From a virus (taxonomy: Duplodnaviria; Caudoviricetes): a DNA stretch of 64,000 nucleotides. The translations under genes and the position numbers were made by a program. Each line of letters opens with the position of its first letter. The first letter of the stretch is position 1. Under the pieces are notes generated by a model. It did no database searches. It was not told where the DNA came from and saw nothing but the letters and a program-made list of their open reading frames with translations. The stretch is taken from IMG/VR virus record IMGVR_UViG_3300018430_000021, positions 160,001 through 224,000 of that record, one strand, 5' to 3'. Below, piece after piece: positions 20,533 through 30,560 of this stretch.

Positions 20533-22012
20533 TTTGATTATTGAGAAAGTGAACTCCTCGTGCGTACATTTGGTATGCGAAGATGGTTTAAGCCATAGAT
20601 TTTACAACGTATTTTCCGCTTATGCTCCGGGTTATAGATTTAACCCACGTTTTAAGCTTCATGTATGGGACGGTAAGGTTCGTTGCTACAATCCTATTAC
20701 ACAGATATTGCCTATCGGCCTTCTGAATAACCTTCTTATTTGGTGTGACCAGCATAAGATTGAATATTCTTTGCAAGGATTCGATAAGCCTCTTAGGGAC
20801 AATATCGATAAGGAAGAATTGGAAAAGCAAATGAATTCCTATATCACTGCTGGATTTCAGGCACGTGATTATCAGGTTAACGCTGTTCATGCCGCATTAA
20901 CCAATCGTAGAGGCGTTTTGTTATCCTGCACTGGTTCTGGCAAGTCTTTGATGATTTACACGTTCTTACGCTATCTATTGGACAATAAGGACGTACACAG
21001 GGCCATACTTATCGTTCCGTCCGTTTCCCTCGTAGAACAGATGTTTTCTGATTTCCGAGATTATGGATGGGATGATTTAGAAGACCATGTTGAGATGTTG
21101 TATTCTGGAAAGAAACCGACATTCAAGAAAGAAATCTTGATTTCTACATGGCAGAGTCTTGAGAAGGAAGATCCTGAATTTTTCGAAGTCTATGATGCTT
21201 GTGTAGTTGACGAATGTCATCAGGCCAAATGTAACGTTGTTACAAGGCTCTTGAAGCTCATGCACAATGCGGAATACAAGATTGGTACATCTGGTACTTT
21301 GCCTACTGAAATTTCCGAGCAGTTACAGATTAACAGTGTTATCGGTAATGTCCTTTTCGAATTGAAGTCCTGCGAACTTATTGCCCGCGGTTATCTTACT
21401 AAGTTGAATATCGCGGCAATCTTCCTTAAATATCCTTTGTCTTTTATCGAGGAAAACAAGGAAAGAACTTATCCGGAAGAAGTCAAGATGGTTGAGGAAT
21501 ATCCGAACAGGAACAAGGTATTGAATTTTATTATCGACCATACCTCGCCGATGAACAATATGCTTATCCTCGTTAACCATAGGAATCATCTTAAGGACGT
21601 CGAGGATTACTTGCATAAGAATTATCCGGAAAAGAAGGTAAGTATCATTACTGGAGATGTCAAGGCTAAGGTTCGTGAAGAAATTCGTGTCGGTATCGAA
21701 GACGAAGATGGAACTATTTTGCTTGCGACTTATCAAACCATGTCTACTGGTGTTAACATTCCTAAGTTGCACGCGATTATGTTGTTCTCTAACTCCAAGT
21801 CGAGGATTAAGGTTCTTCAGTCTATCGGTCGTGGACTCCGTAAGCACAACTCCAAGAACAAAGTTATTATCTACGATATTGTCGACGACCTCAGCTACAA
21901 GAAGAGGACTGGACGTATCGCCAAGAATTATTGTATGCAGCATTTTGATGAACGCTCCAGTTATTATATTGAACAGGAGTTTCCGGTTATTACAACAAAG
22001 TTGGATATATGA
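20525..22012 (+). CDS. uvsW: UvsW-like SF2 DNA helicase
   Basis: N-terminal GYRFNPRFKLHVWDGK, then RDYQ, TGSGKS, DECH, SGT and QSIGRGLR motifs. Confidence 0.93.
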   Translation: MSDLIIEKVNSSCVHLVCEDGLSHRFYNVFSAYAPGYRFNPRFKLHVWDGKVRCYNPITQILPIGLLNNLLIWCDQHKIEYSLQGFDKPLRDNIDKEELEKQMNSYITAGFQARDYQVNAVHAALTNRRGVLLSCTGSGKSLMIYTFLRYLLDNKDVHRAILIVPSVSLVEQMFSDFRDYGWDDLEDHVEMLYSGKKPTFKKEILISTWQSLEKEDPEFFEVYDACVVDECHQAKCNVVTRLLKLMHNAEYKIGTSGTLPTEISEQLQINSVIGNVLFELKSCELIARGYLTKLNIAAIFLKYPLSFIEENKERTYPEEVKMVEEYPNRNKVLNFIIDHTSPMNNMLILVNHRNHLKDVEDYLHKNYPEKKVSIITGDVKAKVREEIRVGIEDEDGTILLATYQTMSTGVNIPKLHAIMLFSNSKSRIKVLQSIGRGLRKHNSKNKVIIYDIVDDLSYKKRTGRIAKNYCMQHFDERSSYYIEQEFPVITTKLDI

Positions 22013-22455
22013 TAGAAGATAGATTAGCAGAAATGAAAGCTACGTTCGCCACATTCAATGGACTGGACGACAAGTGGAAGTATCTTATCTCGCTCGCGAA
22101 GTCGCACATGCCGATGAGCAGTGAGTATAAGAAGGAAGATTATATTGTTCCGGGTTGTTCGACGACGATGTACTTGGTACCGAAGTGCGACGGTCAGACG
22201 ATGCACTTTGAACTGGGGGTTGAGGTCTCAGGTTCACAGCCGTTAATCAGTCTTGGACTAGGTGTTTTGACTCTTAAGATTTACAATGACGCGACTCCGA
22301 AGGAGATTCTCTCGGTTGACAAAAAGTTCTTTGAAAATATCGGACTTAATGTCGGATTGACTCCTACGAGAAATAACGGATTTGCCAGCATACTGGATAA
22401 AATCTATAAGTCAGCCACTGTATATAGTATGATTTACGATAAAAAGCCGGAATAA
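22009..22455 (+). CDS. sufE: SufE-family sulfur acceptor
   Basis: DKWKYLISLAK...VPGC...TPKEIL...GL...LTPTRNNGF matches SufE, including the catalytic Cys. Confidence 0.85.
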   Translation: MIEDRLAEMKATFATFNGLDDKWKYLISLAKSHMPMSSEYKKEDYIVPGCSTTMYLVPKCDGQTMHFELGVEVSGSQPLISLGLGVLTLKIYNDATPKEILSVDKKFFENIGLNVGLTPTRNNGFASILDKIYKSATVYSMIYDKKPE

Positions 22456-22591
22456 AAAATGACATAAAATCGCAAAAAATAACTTACTTACTATATTTGT
22501 ATTTAGCTATAAATAAAACACCAACAGATTAAAAACTAAAATTGCGTGATGTGAATTAAGTGTTTATTAAGCGTTTATAAAGAGGAAAAGA

Positions 22592-25060
22592 ATGATTAAA
22601 AACGTAATTAAGCGAGATAATCGTCGACACGTATTCAATATTTCAAAGGTCTATACAGCAATCGAAAAGGCATTTAAAGAAGTAAATGCAGAAGTAACAG
22701 AAGAAACAATGGACCGACTTGTTGATAGCGTAGTCGAAAAGATTTCTGAAAATAATGCCAAGTCAGCTAAAGTTGAAGAAATCCAGAATGTAATCGAAAT
22801 GACATTGATGGATAACGGATTCGGAGCAGTTGCCAAGGCATTTATTTTATTTAGAGACGATCGTACTCGTGCACGTGAAACTAATTCTGCGATTATTAAG
22901 ACAATCAAGGAAATAACTGAATCTGACATTAAGAGTTCCAACATTTTGCGTGACAACGCCAATGAATCCGGCGCTACTCCTGCGGGTACATACGGAAAGA
23001 TTGCGTCTGAAACTAACAAGATGTATAACCTCTTGAATAATATCAATCGTAAATATGCCCAGGAACATAAGGACGGTCATTTGCATATTCATGACCTTAA
23101 CCAGTACAATTTGACATTTAACTGTCTCTTTGCTCCTGTAGGAAAATTGTTAAAGACTGGTTTCGATTCTGGTACAGGTTATCTTCGTTCTCCGAAGTCC
23201 ATCCAGACCGCTGCGGCTTTGACAGCTGTTATTCTTCAGCTTCAGTCTAACCAGCAGTATGGCGGTATCGCAGACGATAACCTCGATTATGATTTGGCTC
23301 CGTTCGTTGATATTTCTTTCAGAAAGAATCTCAAGAATGAACTTAATCGTTATATCGAATACAATCCGGACCATGAAGACATTGACATTAACGATGTCAC
23401 GAATGTTTCCATGAACTGGCCGGTCGAATTGCTCTATGCTAAGTTCCCGAAGATTTGCGTAGAAAATGCTATTAGAATCACCGATGACGATACTCATCAG
23501 GCTATGGAAGGTCTTATCGGTAACTTGAACTCTCTTCAGTCTCGTTCTGGAAACCAGGTTCCGTTTAGTTCGCTGAACTTCGGTCTCGATACTTCTAATT
23601 GTGGCCGTATGATTAGTAAGAACCTTATTAAGTCCCAGTATGAAGGTCTCGGCGATGGTTTGACAGCTATTTTCCCGATTTTGATTTTTAAGCTGATGAA
23701 GGGTTACACAAAGAATCCGGAAGATCCGAACTATGACTTGTATCTTGACTCCATCAAGTGCCTTGCTCGTCGTTTCTATCCGAACTTCGTCCGTGTAGAC
23801 AGTTCTTTCAACAAGCCGTATATTCGTTATTCTGAAAAGGAACTTGAAGTTTCTGAAAAGACTGTTTCTGTTAAGGTTCGTGGTAAGAATACCGCTGAAA
23901 CTATTTCTACAGAAGACCGTACTTTTGAAACTCCTATCTACGAATATGACGTAGGTGTTGGCGATTATTGGGAAATTACTGGATTCGAGAACGGTAAGAT
24001 GAAGATTCGTCGTCTTATTGAAAATTCTACAGTTTCTACAATGGGATGTCGTACTCGTGTTCTTGGTAATATCAACGGTGTCGAACAGACAACAGGTCGT
24101 GGAAACTTTGCTTTCCATACGATTAACTTGCCTCGCCTTGCTATCGAAGCTCATATCGAAGCAAAGGATCCTGAAGCACGTAAGCAGGTTTTCTTCAAGA
24201 AGCTCGCCGATATGCTCGAAGATGCAAAGAACAGTTTGCTTGACCGTTTTGCATTGATTTCTAACAAGACCTATGAAAACTTCCCGTTCACAATGCAGCA
24301 GGGTCTTTATTTGACTTCTGATGATGAACCGCATGCCGTTACTGATAAGATTGCTAATGTTCTTAAGCAGGCTTCGCTTTCTATCGGTTATGTCGGTCTC
24401 GCAGAAACCATGTTGCTCTTGACCGGTAAGACATACGGTATCGACCACGAAATCGATAACTATGCTTATTCTATCGTAAAGACCATGCGTGAATTCGTTG
24501 ATAAGACACAGAAGGAAACACACCTTAACTGGAGCTGTTTTGCTACTCCGGCTGAAGCTGTTGCCGGTCGTTTCGCGAATATCGATAAGAATCTTTACCA
24601 GAATAATAAGAAACTTGCTGATGTTGATTTGCAGCGTGTATTCGGAAAGGGTTACTACACCAATAGCCACATGCTTGACTATTCTTTGGAAACCTCTCTT
24701 GAAAATAAGATTAAGATGGAAGCACCGTATCACAAGATTACGAACGCTGGCCATATTTTCTATTACAAGTTGAACGGTGACTTGTCCAAGAATCTTGAAG
24801 CTGTCAAGGCTACAATCGATGCCATGTACGATGGTGACTTGGGATATTTCACTTGTACGTTCGATAGCGATACTTGTACCAAGTGTCATTTCCATGGTAT
24901 TATCGATAACGAATGCCCGTGCTGCGGCAACAAGAACGAAGACGAGATTATTCGTGTTAGAAGAATTACTGGATATTTGACTGGTTCACCTAAGAAGACA
25001 ATTTTCAAATCCTGGAATGATGGAAAATTGGCAGAATTGAGGGACCGCCATAATATTTAA
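22592..25060 (+). CDS. nrdD: Anaerobic (class III) ribonucleoside-triphosphate reductase with ATP cone
   Basis: VIKRD ATP cone, HIHDL, MGCRT, YYTNS, CxxC...CxxC zinc site and the RRITGYL glycyl-radical motif. Confidence 0.97.
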   Translation: MIKNVIKRDNRRHVFNISKVYTAIEKAFKEVNAEVTEETMDRLVDSVVEKISENNAKSAKVEEIQNVIEMTLMDNGFGAVAKAFILFRDDRTRARETNSAIIKTIKEITESDIKSSNILRDNANESGATPAGTYGKIASETNKMYNLLNNINRKYAQEHKDGHLHIHDLNQYNLTFNCLFAPVGKLLKTGFDSGTGYLRSPKSIQTAAALTAVILQLQSNQQYGGIADDNLDYDLAPFVDISFRKNLKNELNRYIEYNPDHEDIDINDVTNVSMNWPVELLYAKFPKICVENAIRITDDDTHQAMEGLIGNLNSLQSRSGNQVPFSSLNFGLDTSNCGRMISKNLIKSQYEGLGDGLTAIFPILIFKLMKGYTKNPEDPNYDLYLDSIKCLARRFYPNFVRVDSSFNKPYIRYSEKELEVSEKTVSVKVRGKNTAETISTEDRTFETPIYEYDVGVGDYWEITGFENGKMKIRRLIENSTVSTMGCRTRVLGNINGVEQTTGRGNFAFHTINLPRLAIEAHIEAKDPEARKQVFFKKLADMLEDAKNSLLDRFALISNKTYENFPFTMQQGLYLTSDDEPHAVTDKIANVLKQASLSIGYVGLAETMLLLTGKTYGIDHEIDNYAYSIVKTMREFVDKTQKETHLNWSCFATPAEAVAGRFANIDKNLYQNNKKLADVDLQRVFGKGYYTNSHMLDYSLETSLENKIKMEAPYHKITNAGHIFYYKLNGDLSKNLEAVKATIDAMYDGDLGYFTCTFDSDTCTKCHFHGIIDNECPCCGNKNEDEIIRVRRITGYLTGSPKKTIFKSWNDGKLAELRDRHNI

Positions 25061-25129
25061 TTAAAACTTCAGATAAAAATCATACAGACACAATAAATCT
25101 GTATGATTTTTCTATCTTTTAAAGGACTT

Positions 25130-25420
25130 ATGTTAGATACTTTAATGTTGATTTGTGGTTTTTGCGGTGCTGGAGCTTTTGCTTTCTGTTCATTGCCGCA
25201 AGTAATCAAGGCATATAAGACGAAATCGACCGGTGATATTAGTACATTCTTTATTATACTTTCTATTATCGGGAACCTTTGCAGTGCAGCATATATTTTC
25301 TACACGAATTACATAAGCGGGATGTGGCAATATCCTCAATATGTCAATTATACCCTTGCAACTATTTTTATATTCATATTGCTCGGTTTAAAAATTAAAT
25401 ACGATAAGGATAAGAAATGA
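25130..25420 (+). CDS. PQ-loop / SemiSWEET-family membrane transporter
   Basis: Three TM helices. SLPQVIKAYKTKSTGDIS is the classic PQ-loop motif. AAAGGA SD before ATG 25130. Confidence 0.85.
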   Translation: MLDTLMLICGFCGAGAFAFCSLPQVIKAYKTKSTGDISTFFIILSIIGNLCSAAYIFYTNYISGMWQYPQYVNYTLATIFIFILLGLKIKYDKDKK

Positions 25421-25932
25421 ATTATAGTAAGATTGACCCTATGAGTATTGTCGACGGTGAAGGCTGTCGAGTTACATTGTTTGTTTCCGGTTGTGAAAAC
25501 CATTGTAAGGGATGTTTTAATCCTGAAACGTGGAATTATGATTTCGGTAAAGAGTTCGACGAGATTGCCGAAAACGAGATTTTTGAAGCTTGTAAGAAAG
25601 ATTATATTTCTGGGATTACTGTTGTAGGAGGAGAACCTTTCGAAATCAGTAATCAAAAATCGCTTGTATCTTTCTTGACCAAGTTTAAGAAAACGTTTGT
25701 AAATAAGAACGTTTGGATGTTTACTGGTTATATTTACGAACGTGACCTTGTTAAAGGTGGAAAACGATACGTAGAAGGAGTTACAGATTCTATCCTCGAT
25801 ATGGTAGATGTCCTGGTTGACGGTCCATTTATTTTGGAAGAACGAGACTTGACTTTGAAATTCCGAGGGAGCAGAAATCAACGACTTCTGACACATGAAG
25901 ACAGAGCAAATATTAAAAAAACCGGTGTTTAA
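25417..25932 (+). CDS. nrdG: Anaerobic RNR activating enzyme (radical SAM)
   Basis: DGEGCRVTLFVSGCENHCKGCFN, GGEP, DVLVDG and FRGSRNQR motifs. Confidence 0.96.
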   Translation: MNYSKIDPMSIVDGEGCRVTLFVSGCENHCKGCFNPETWNYDFGKEFDEIAENEIFEACKKDYISGITVVGGEPFEISNQKSLVSFLTKFKKTFVNKNVWMFTGYIYERDLVKGGKRYVEGVTDSILDMVDVLVDGPFILEERDLTLKFRGSRNQRLLTHEDRANIKKTGV

Positions 25933-25941
25933 CCGGTTTTT
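25915..25941. terminator. Bidirectional terminator
   Basis: AAAAAACCGGTGTTTAACCGGTTTTT between convergent genes. Confidence 0.75.
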
Positions 25942-25957
25942 TATTTTATACTTTGAA

Positions 25958-26368
25958 TTAGAAATTATTTAGGAATGCATGCATGATAGCAGCTTTTCTA
26001 AACACCTCTACGCATTCATCGATGTTCTTAGCATCCTTAAAGTCGTCTTCTACGTAACCGTCAGGATCTTCTATTGTCCAACCGAGATTCCAAGCCTCCT
26101 GGAGCTCTTTTTTCGAGGTCTCATAGTCTTTGCAATAGTGCTTGATAATAAGCCCACCGATGTCATCTCCTGCGGTCTTAAGGTCCTTTTCGGAAAGTAC
26201 AGTATTAATAGTACCAATCTTAACTTGGTTTTGGTAATAACCCTTAGCCTTCGTAAAGTCGATAAATTGGTCCATGCTGTCGAATCGTAAATCGGATTCA
26301 TTCAACGCAGGTTTTTCAGCTACGAAGTGATGTTCTTTAAGAAGTTGTAATGCGTTTTCTAATTCCAT
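25958..26368 (-). CDS. Putative internal head protein
   Basis: Late promoter 4 nt upstream. N-terminus MELENALQLLKEHHFVAE resembles those of 41440 and 46093. Confidence 0.55.
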   Translation of the reverse strand: MELENALQLLKEHHFVAEKPALNESDLRFDSMDQFIDFTKAKGYYQNQVKIGTINTVLSEKDLKTAGDDIGGLIIKHYCKDYETSKKELQEAWNLGWTIEDPDGYVEDDFKDAKNIDECVEVFRKAAIMHAFLNNF

Positions 26369-26375
26369 ATTTTAT

Positions 26376-27038
26376 TTATACCTCAGTAGACGCAGTATAG
26401 AAGAAATCTTCATCTGTTGCGTAAGTAATAGCATCAGCAGAATCTAGCATATCTTCATATTTCTTTAGTCGTTCTTCTGTTAAGAATGCGTCAGGTTCTA
26501 TATTCTTCAAAACCATTTTTGCTTCTCTGAACGAACCTGTCTGAACCAATGAAATTACTGTCAATAACTTCTGTGCAATTTCAAGCGGAGTTACTGTTTC
26601 GAAATCTGTAAAGATACATTCTTCTCTAAATAGTGAAATGAAGTCGTTACCTACAGAAATATTGTAATTAACTTCGCCTGCAACTCCGTCTATTGCATTT
26701 ATACGGTCAACGTTCTGATTAAGTTCTCGTTTAAATCTATCTAAAGAAACCAGTGCTCTTTCTTCTTCAGGTTTAGAAACTTCGATGAAATCATAAACTT
26801 TATGATTTTCGTAATCTTCTATAATAGATGGTGCTTCTTTAGTCCACCAATCTTTATTCATATAAACTACTTTACCATCTACTTCTACAATTCTGCTTAC
26901 GTATTTCATTCCAATTTCCTCAGTGAAGACACAATCATCTTCTAATATTCCTTCTTTGTTTAACATCTCTTTGGCAAATTTCATATTATCAAATCTGCCA
27001 ATGAATTTAAAGTTTTCTTTATTTAGAACATAAATCAT
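26376..27038 (-). CDS. Hypothetical protein (tail fibre assembly-like)
   Basis: 220-aa ORF downstream of the fibre/adhesin genes. Confidence 0.55.
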   Translation of the reverse strand: MIYVLNKENFKFIGRFDNMKFAKEMLNKEGILEDDCVFTEEIGMKYVSRIVEVDGKVVYMNKDWWTKEAPSIIEDYENHKVYDFIEVSKPEEERALVSLDRFKRELNQNVDRINAIDGVAGEVNYNISVGNDFISLFREECIFTDFETVTPLEIAQKLLTVISLVQTGSFREAKMVLKNIEPDAFLTEERLKKYEDMLDSADAITYATDEDFFYTASTEV

Positions 27039-27040
27039 AA

Positions 27041-28696
27041 TTAAGACTCCATCAAAATTTCGTGCTTGTGCGTAGTGTTGACTGTAAGACCACTAAGATC
27101 GGTAGAATCTAAATAGTCATAATAAGTCGAAATGTTATTGTTGGTAAGTTCTGTCAACTTAGCTTTCATATTGTTAGTTTCATCAACTATATAATCGGAG
27201 GTATTTAGTTTTGTCATTAAGTAGTCGTCTTCAGACACACTTGTGACTTTCCAGATACCCTGATCTGCATAATGGCTACTGTACTTACCATAGTTAAAAC
27301 TGTTAAGAACTAAATACACATCGTCCATAGCTACAGATCCAACGGCTGGCGCACTGCTTATTGCCGCAGTTATACTTATAACATTTCTACAACTATAAAA
27401 CTTATTCTGTTCAAATTTATTATCAAAACTATTTCCAGTGAATTTGAAAATTTGTGCAGGATCACTACAAGAAAGAATTGTCGAATAGTCATTTGTTTTA
27501 GTAACAGTTACTGAAGCTCCACTCTTTACATAGCTCTTATTTCCTAGACTCATAGCGCCAGCCTGGCCGTTGTAAGTACCAATAGCACCATCAGCCATAG
27601 TCAGTAATTCACAATCATCATCAGTAGTTCCAGTGTATGTGAATACCTGTTTACACTTATAAACCTGCTTTGAGGAGAAGCAGTTAGAAGGTCCAGTATA
27701 TCTTGCGTAGTGATTAACAGCAGATACTGTAAGCATCGCTGCTTCTGTGTTCTTTTCTCCTTCATATGTAAGTGAACTGATATTATAGGTCGAACCTGGT
27801 GCATTTATGTTTCCAGTTACGAAACCGACTATACCTAGGATTCCTCCATTCCTATAGTAATAGTGATTGTCATTGTTAGAAGCATGCTTTATCTTGATGT
27901 AGTATTTGTTTCCACGCTTTAGAGAGAAAGTACCTGTACTTAATGCAGTAAGATCAACGGTGACATAGTTATAGGTCACCCCGCCATGTTCTTGCGTTGT
28001 CACGGAAGGAGTGTACCAGTTTGAATCATATTTGTAAACTAGCAAACCGCTTTCATGAAATACATAGATTGAAGTAGCACCTGCTCCAGTATATGTGGTT
28101 GCGACCTTAATGGTCTTAATCTCTATAGGTGTGTTTGACGTATTTTGACTAACTATAATCCAAATATCATTAGTAGAAGTATCTTCAGTTAATGTGTATG
28201 GAACTACTACATTATTCTGACATGCTATAGAACCGGAACTTGGGAATGCGCCACCAGCTTTAGATGTAATCTCGCTTGCGTCTATATGATACTCGCCCTT
28301 AGTATTATCATATCTTGAATCAGCGATATGTTCTTCATTCTTACATGCATTTATTAGTTCTGCGATAGAAAATTCTGTTCCATCAGCAATTATAGTGCTA
28401 TAAGGTATGTTATGAACGAACAAACGATAGGCTGGCAGAACATCGTTTACGATATATGCCCAGCCCTTTAAGTGATCTAAACTGCTCGTTACGTCCTTAC
28501 CGTCCTTCATTACCTGAACAGTAAATTTTTGTGTAGTATCATCACCAGTAATTATTATAGAGCAAGTAGCATTATAAGGAACATATCCTTCTTTTTCCCA
28601 AATGAGTGTATTTCCGAAATATATCTTGGCAACTGGAATGTTGCCGAAATACATTTCAGGAATCTGTTTATTGCCAAATAAGAACTTATCAAACAT
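27041..28696 (-). CDS. Putative tail fibre adhesin/receptor-binding protein
   Basis: N-terminal FGNKQIPEMYFGNIPVAKIYFGNTLIWEK attachment motif and a beta-rich body. Follows the collagen fibre gene. Confidence 0.65.
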   Translation of the reverse strand: MFDKFLFGNKQIPEMYFGNIPVAKIYFGNTLIWEKEGYVPYNATCSIIITGDDTTQKFTVQVMKDGKDVTSSLDHLKGWAYIVNDVLPAYRLFVHNIPYSTIIADGTEFSIAELINACKNEEHIADSRYDNTKGEYHIDASEITSKAGGAFPSSGSIACQNNVVVPYTLTEDTSTNDIWIIVSQNTSNTPIEIKTIKVATTYTGAGATSIYVFHESGLLVYKYDSNWYTPSVTTQEHGGVTYNYVTVDLTALSTGTFSLKRGNKYYIKIKHASNNDNHYYYRNGGILGIVGFVTGNINAPGSTYNISSLTYEGEKNTEAAMLTVSAVNHYARYTGPSNCFSSKQVYKCKQVFTYTGTTDDDCELLTMADGAIGTYNGQAGAMSLGNKSYVKSGASVTVTKTNDYSTILSCSDPAQIFKFTGNSFDNKFEQNKFYSCRNVISITAAISSAPAVGSVAMDDVYLVLNSFNYGKYSSHYADQGIWKVTSVSEDDYLMTKLNTSDYIVDETNNMKAKLTELTNNNISTYYDYLDSTDLSGLTVNTTHKHEILMES

Positions 28697-28699
28697 TCA

Positions 28700-30499
28700 C
28701 TAACTCTCTAATATAATGTGCAATATTCCATCATCAGTTAGACCAGCGGTAGTATTAGCAGTTACGGCAGGAATTAAGTATGCTGTAGTTCCACCGTGTT
28801 GAACTTGAACTAATTGGTCATTAGTTGCATTTGGACTAATGTTGACTTGTGTAGTGTGATTGTTCGCATCGTCTACCTTCAATGCTAACGGTCCGTTGCT
28901 ACCTAGACCGACGCGTCCATGCCCAGCAATACCTTCTCTAATAAGTTTTAAGAACTGTGAGTCAAAGTTCGCGCTAGTAGCACTTACTATGAGTTGACCT
29001 GATACTGTTCCACCAGAAGTCGGCAGATAACTACCAGATAATCCAACTTCATATCTTTCATTAGTTGTATCTTTCTTAGCGGAAATACCATTATTTCCAA
29101 TTATATCATAATCCGTTCCACCGCCACCTTCTGAAATTTCGGTCCAACCAGTACCAGGTTGATAACCGTACTTCTTATTAGAATCCGGATTGTTTATTTT
29201 TAAATCTAATGGACTCTGAGATGTACCGTCACCAGAGAACGCAGTTGTATTTACAGTTACGTTTGCAATATAATGTTGGTTTTCGATCCATGTATGTGTA
29301 GCTAAAACATCGGTATTTACACCATATGGATCATTGGATTTACCAGTACCAGATATGGTAGTATTATCAAATACATCACTACTTCCATGACCATCTTGAC
29401 CATCCATTACATCAAAATTGGCTAATGGGTTTGTATCTGGATTTGCTGCACTGGTATAGAAAATTTTGACATTATGACCATTTGTAATTTCTGTAGATTT
29501 TGCAGAAATCGGACATGCGTCAGCACCATTAGTACCATCTGTACCATCTGTACCATCTGTACCATCTTTACCATCTTTACCTTCTGCAACAATTCCGGTA
29601 TCGTCTGCACCAATATACCAATGTTTATTTGTTGAATTTATGTATGGAGTTTCACCTTGTTCGCCACGGAAATTACCTAAATTAGTCCAATCTGATGTAG
29701 CATCTGAATATTTCCAATATAAATTATAACTATTGGCAGATAATACAGGTGTTTTACCGCTAGGACCAGTTGGACCATCTTCGCCCTTCGGACCTTTGAT
29801 ATTTGTAGTAGTAGGAGCAGTTGTTGTCGGATTCCATTCCCATGCGATATTACCGGCAGCATCGACAGTCGGGTACCAGGCCATATTATAAGAAGTTCCA
29901 CCACCACCGCCGCCAGCAGCACTGAAAGAATAGATTATTTTATCATCTTGTTCGTCTTTGTGTACTGTAACTGTAGTAGAATCAACGAATTCAAGTTCTT
30001 TTTGGTTTCCACCGATAACGGTATATGGACTATCACTAGTACCATTACCTGAAATAGTATTTGCATCTACATAGATTTTATCTTGCTTATTATTCTGAAG
30101 ATTACTGATAGCTTCGGATTCACTTGCAACTGCGGCCGATAGAGTATTAAAATTATTGCCTAGTGTTTCAATAGATTCGCCGTGAGCAGAAACAGCATCT
30201 GACATTTCAGTTACAGTTGTCTGTATAGCTTCAACATCATCTTGTGCTTCATTTGCGGCGGAAATTGCATTAGTGGCCTGGGTCTTTGCGGCATCGGCTA
30301 CATTGCTAATATTGTTGATAGTTTCATTATAACCGTCAACAGTATTCTTAACCTGGTCGATTGCTGTAGCAAGTGCAAGGTCCTTTTGATGGGTTAGTTC
30401 CAAAAAATTCTGATTTAATGCATTACCATCGGCTACAGTGGATTTCGACCATGGAGCCGGTTTCATATTCTTGATTGTATCGTATGTAGTATTGGCCAT
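28700..30499 (-). CDS. Tail fibre protein with coiled coil and collagen-like repeats
   Basis: GPKGEDGPTGPSG and GKDGKDGTDGTDGTDGTNG repeats, repeated ISGxGxxxSP motif, C-terminal DDGILHII. Confidence 0.8.
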   Translation of the reverse strand: MANTTYDTIKNMKPAPWSKSTVADGNALNQNFLELTHQKDLALATAIDQVKNTVDGYNETINNISNVADAAKTQATNAISAANEAQDDVEAIQTTVTEMSDAVSAHGESIETLGNNFNTLSAAVASESEAISNLQNNKQDKIYVDANTISGNGTSDSPYTVIGGNQKELEFVDSTTVTVHKDEQDDKIIYSFSAAGGGGGGTSYNMAWYPTVDAAGNIAWEWNPTTTAPTTTNIKGPKGEDGPTGPSGKTPVLSANSYNLYWKYSDATSDWTNLGNFRGEQGETPYINSTNKHWYIGADDTGIVAEGKDGKDGTDGTDGTDGTNGADACPISAKSTEITNGHNVKIFYTSAANPDTNPLANFDVMDGQDGHGSSDVFDNTTISGTGKSNDPYGVNTDVLATHTWIENQHYIANVTVNTTAFSGDGTSQSPLDLKINNPDSNKKYGYQPGTGWTEISEGGGGTDYDIIGNNGISAKKDTTNERYEVGLSGSYLPTSGGTVSGQLIVSATSANFDSQFLKLIREGIAGHGRVGLGSNGPLALKVDDANNHTTQVNISPNATNDQLVQVQHGGTTAYLIPAVTANTTAGLTDDGILHIILES

Positions 30500-30522
30500 A
30501 TTATATACCCTATTCTTCTTAT

Positions 30523-30534
30523 TATTTATAAATA
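30523..30534. promoter_or_regulatory. Bidirectional late promoter TATTTATAAATA
   Basis: Palindrome between divergent genes starting at 30499 (-) and 30561 (+). Confidence 0.75.
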
Positions 30535-30560
30535 TAGAAGTTAGGAAGTTTTGAGGTATT

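Noticed and set aside
23815-24035. Intein in nrdD
   Set aside because: Too short and lacks splice-junction residues.
23150-24895. 581-aa antisense ORF
   Set aside because: Shadow of nrdD produced by codon bias; no motifs or SD.
29524-29585. 9-bp tandem repeats as CRISPR or regulatory array
   Set aside because: They encode collagen-like Gly-X-Asp repeats; no CRISPR array was found in the window.
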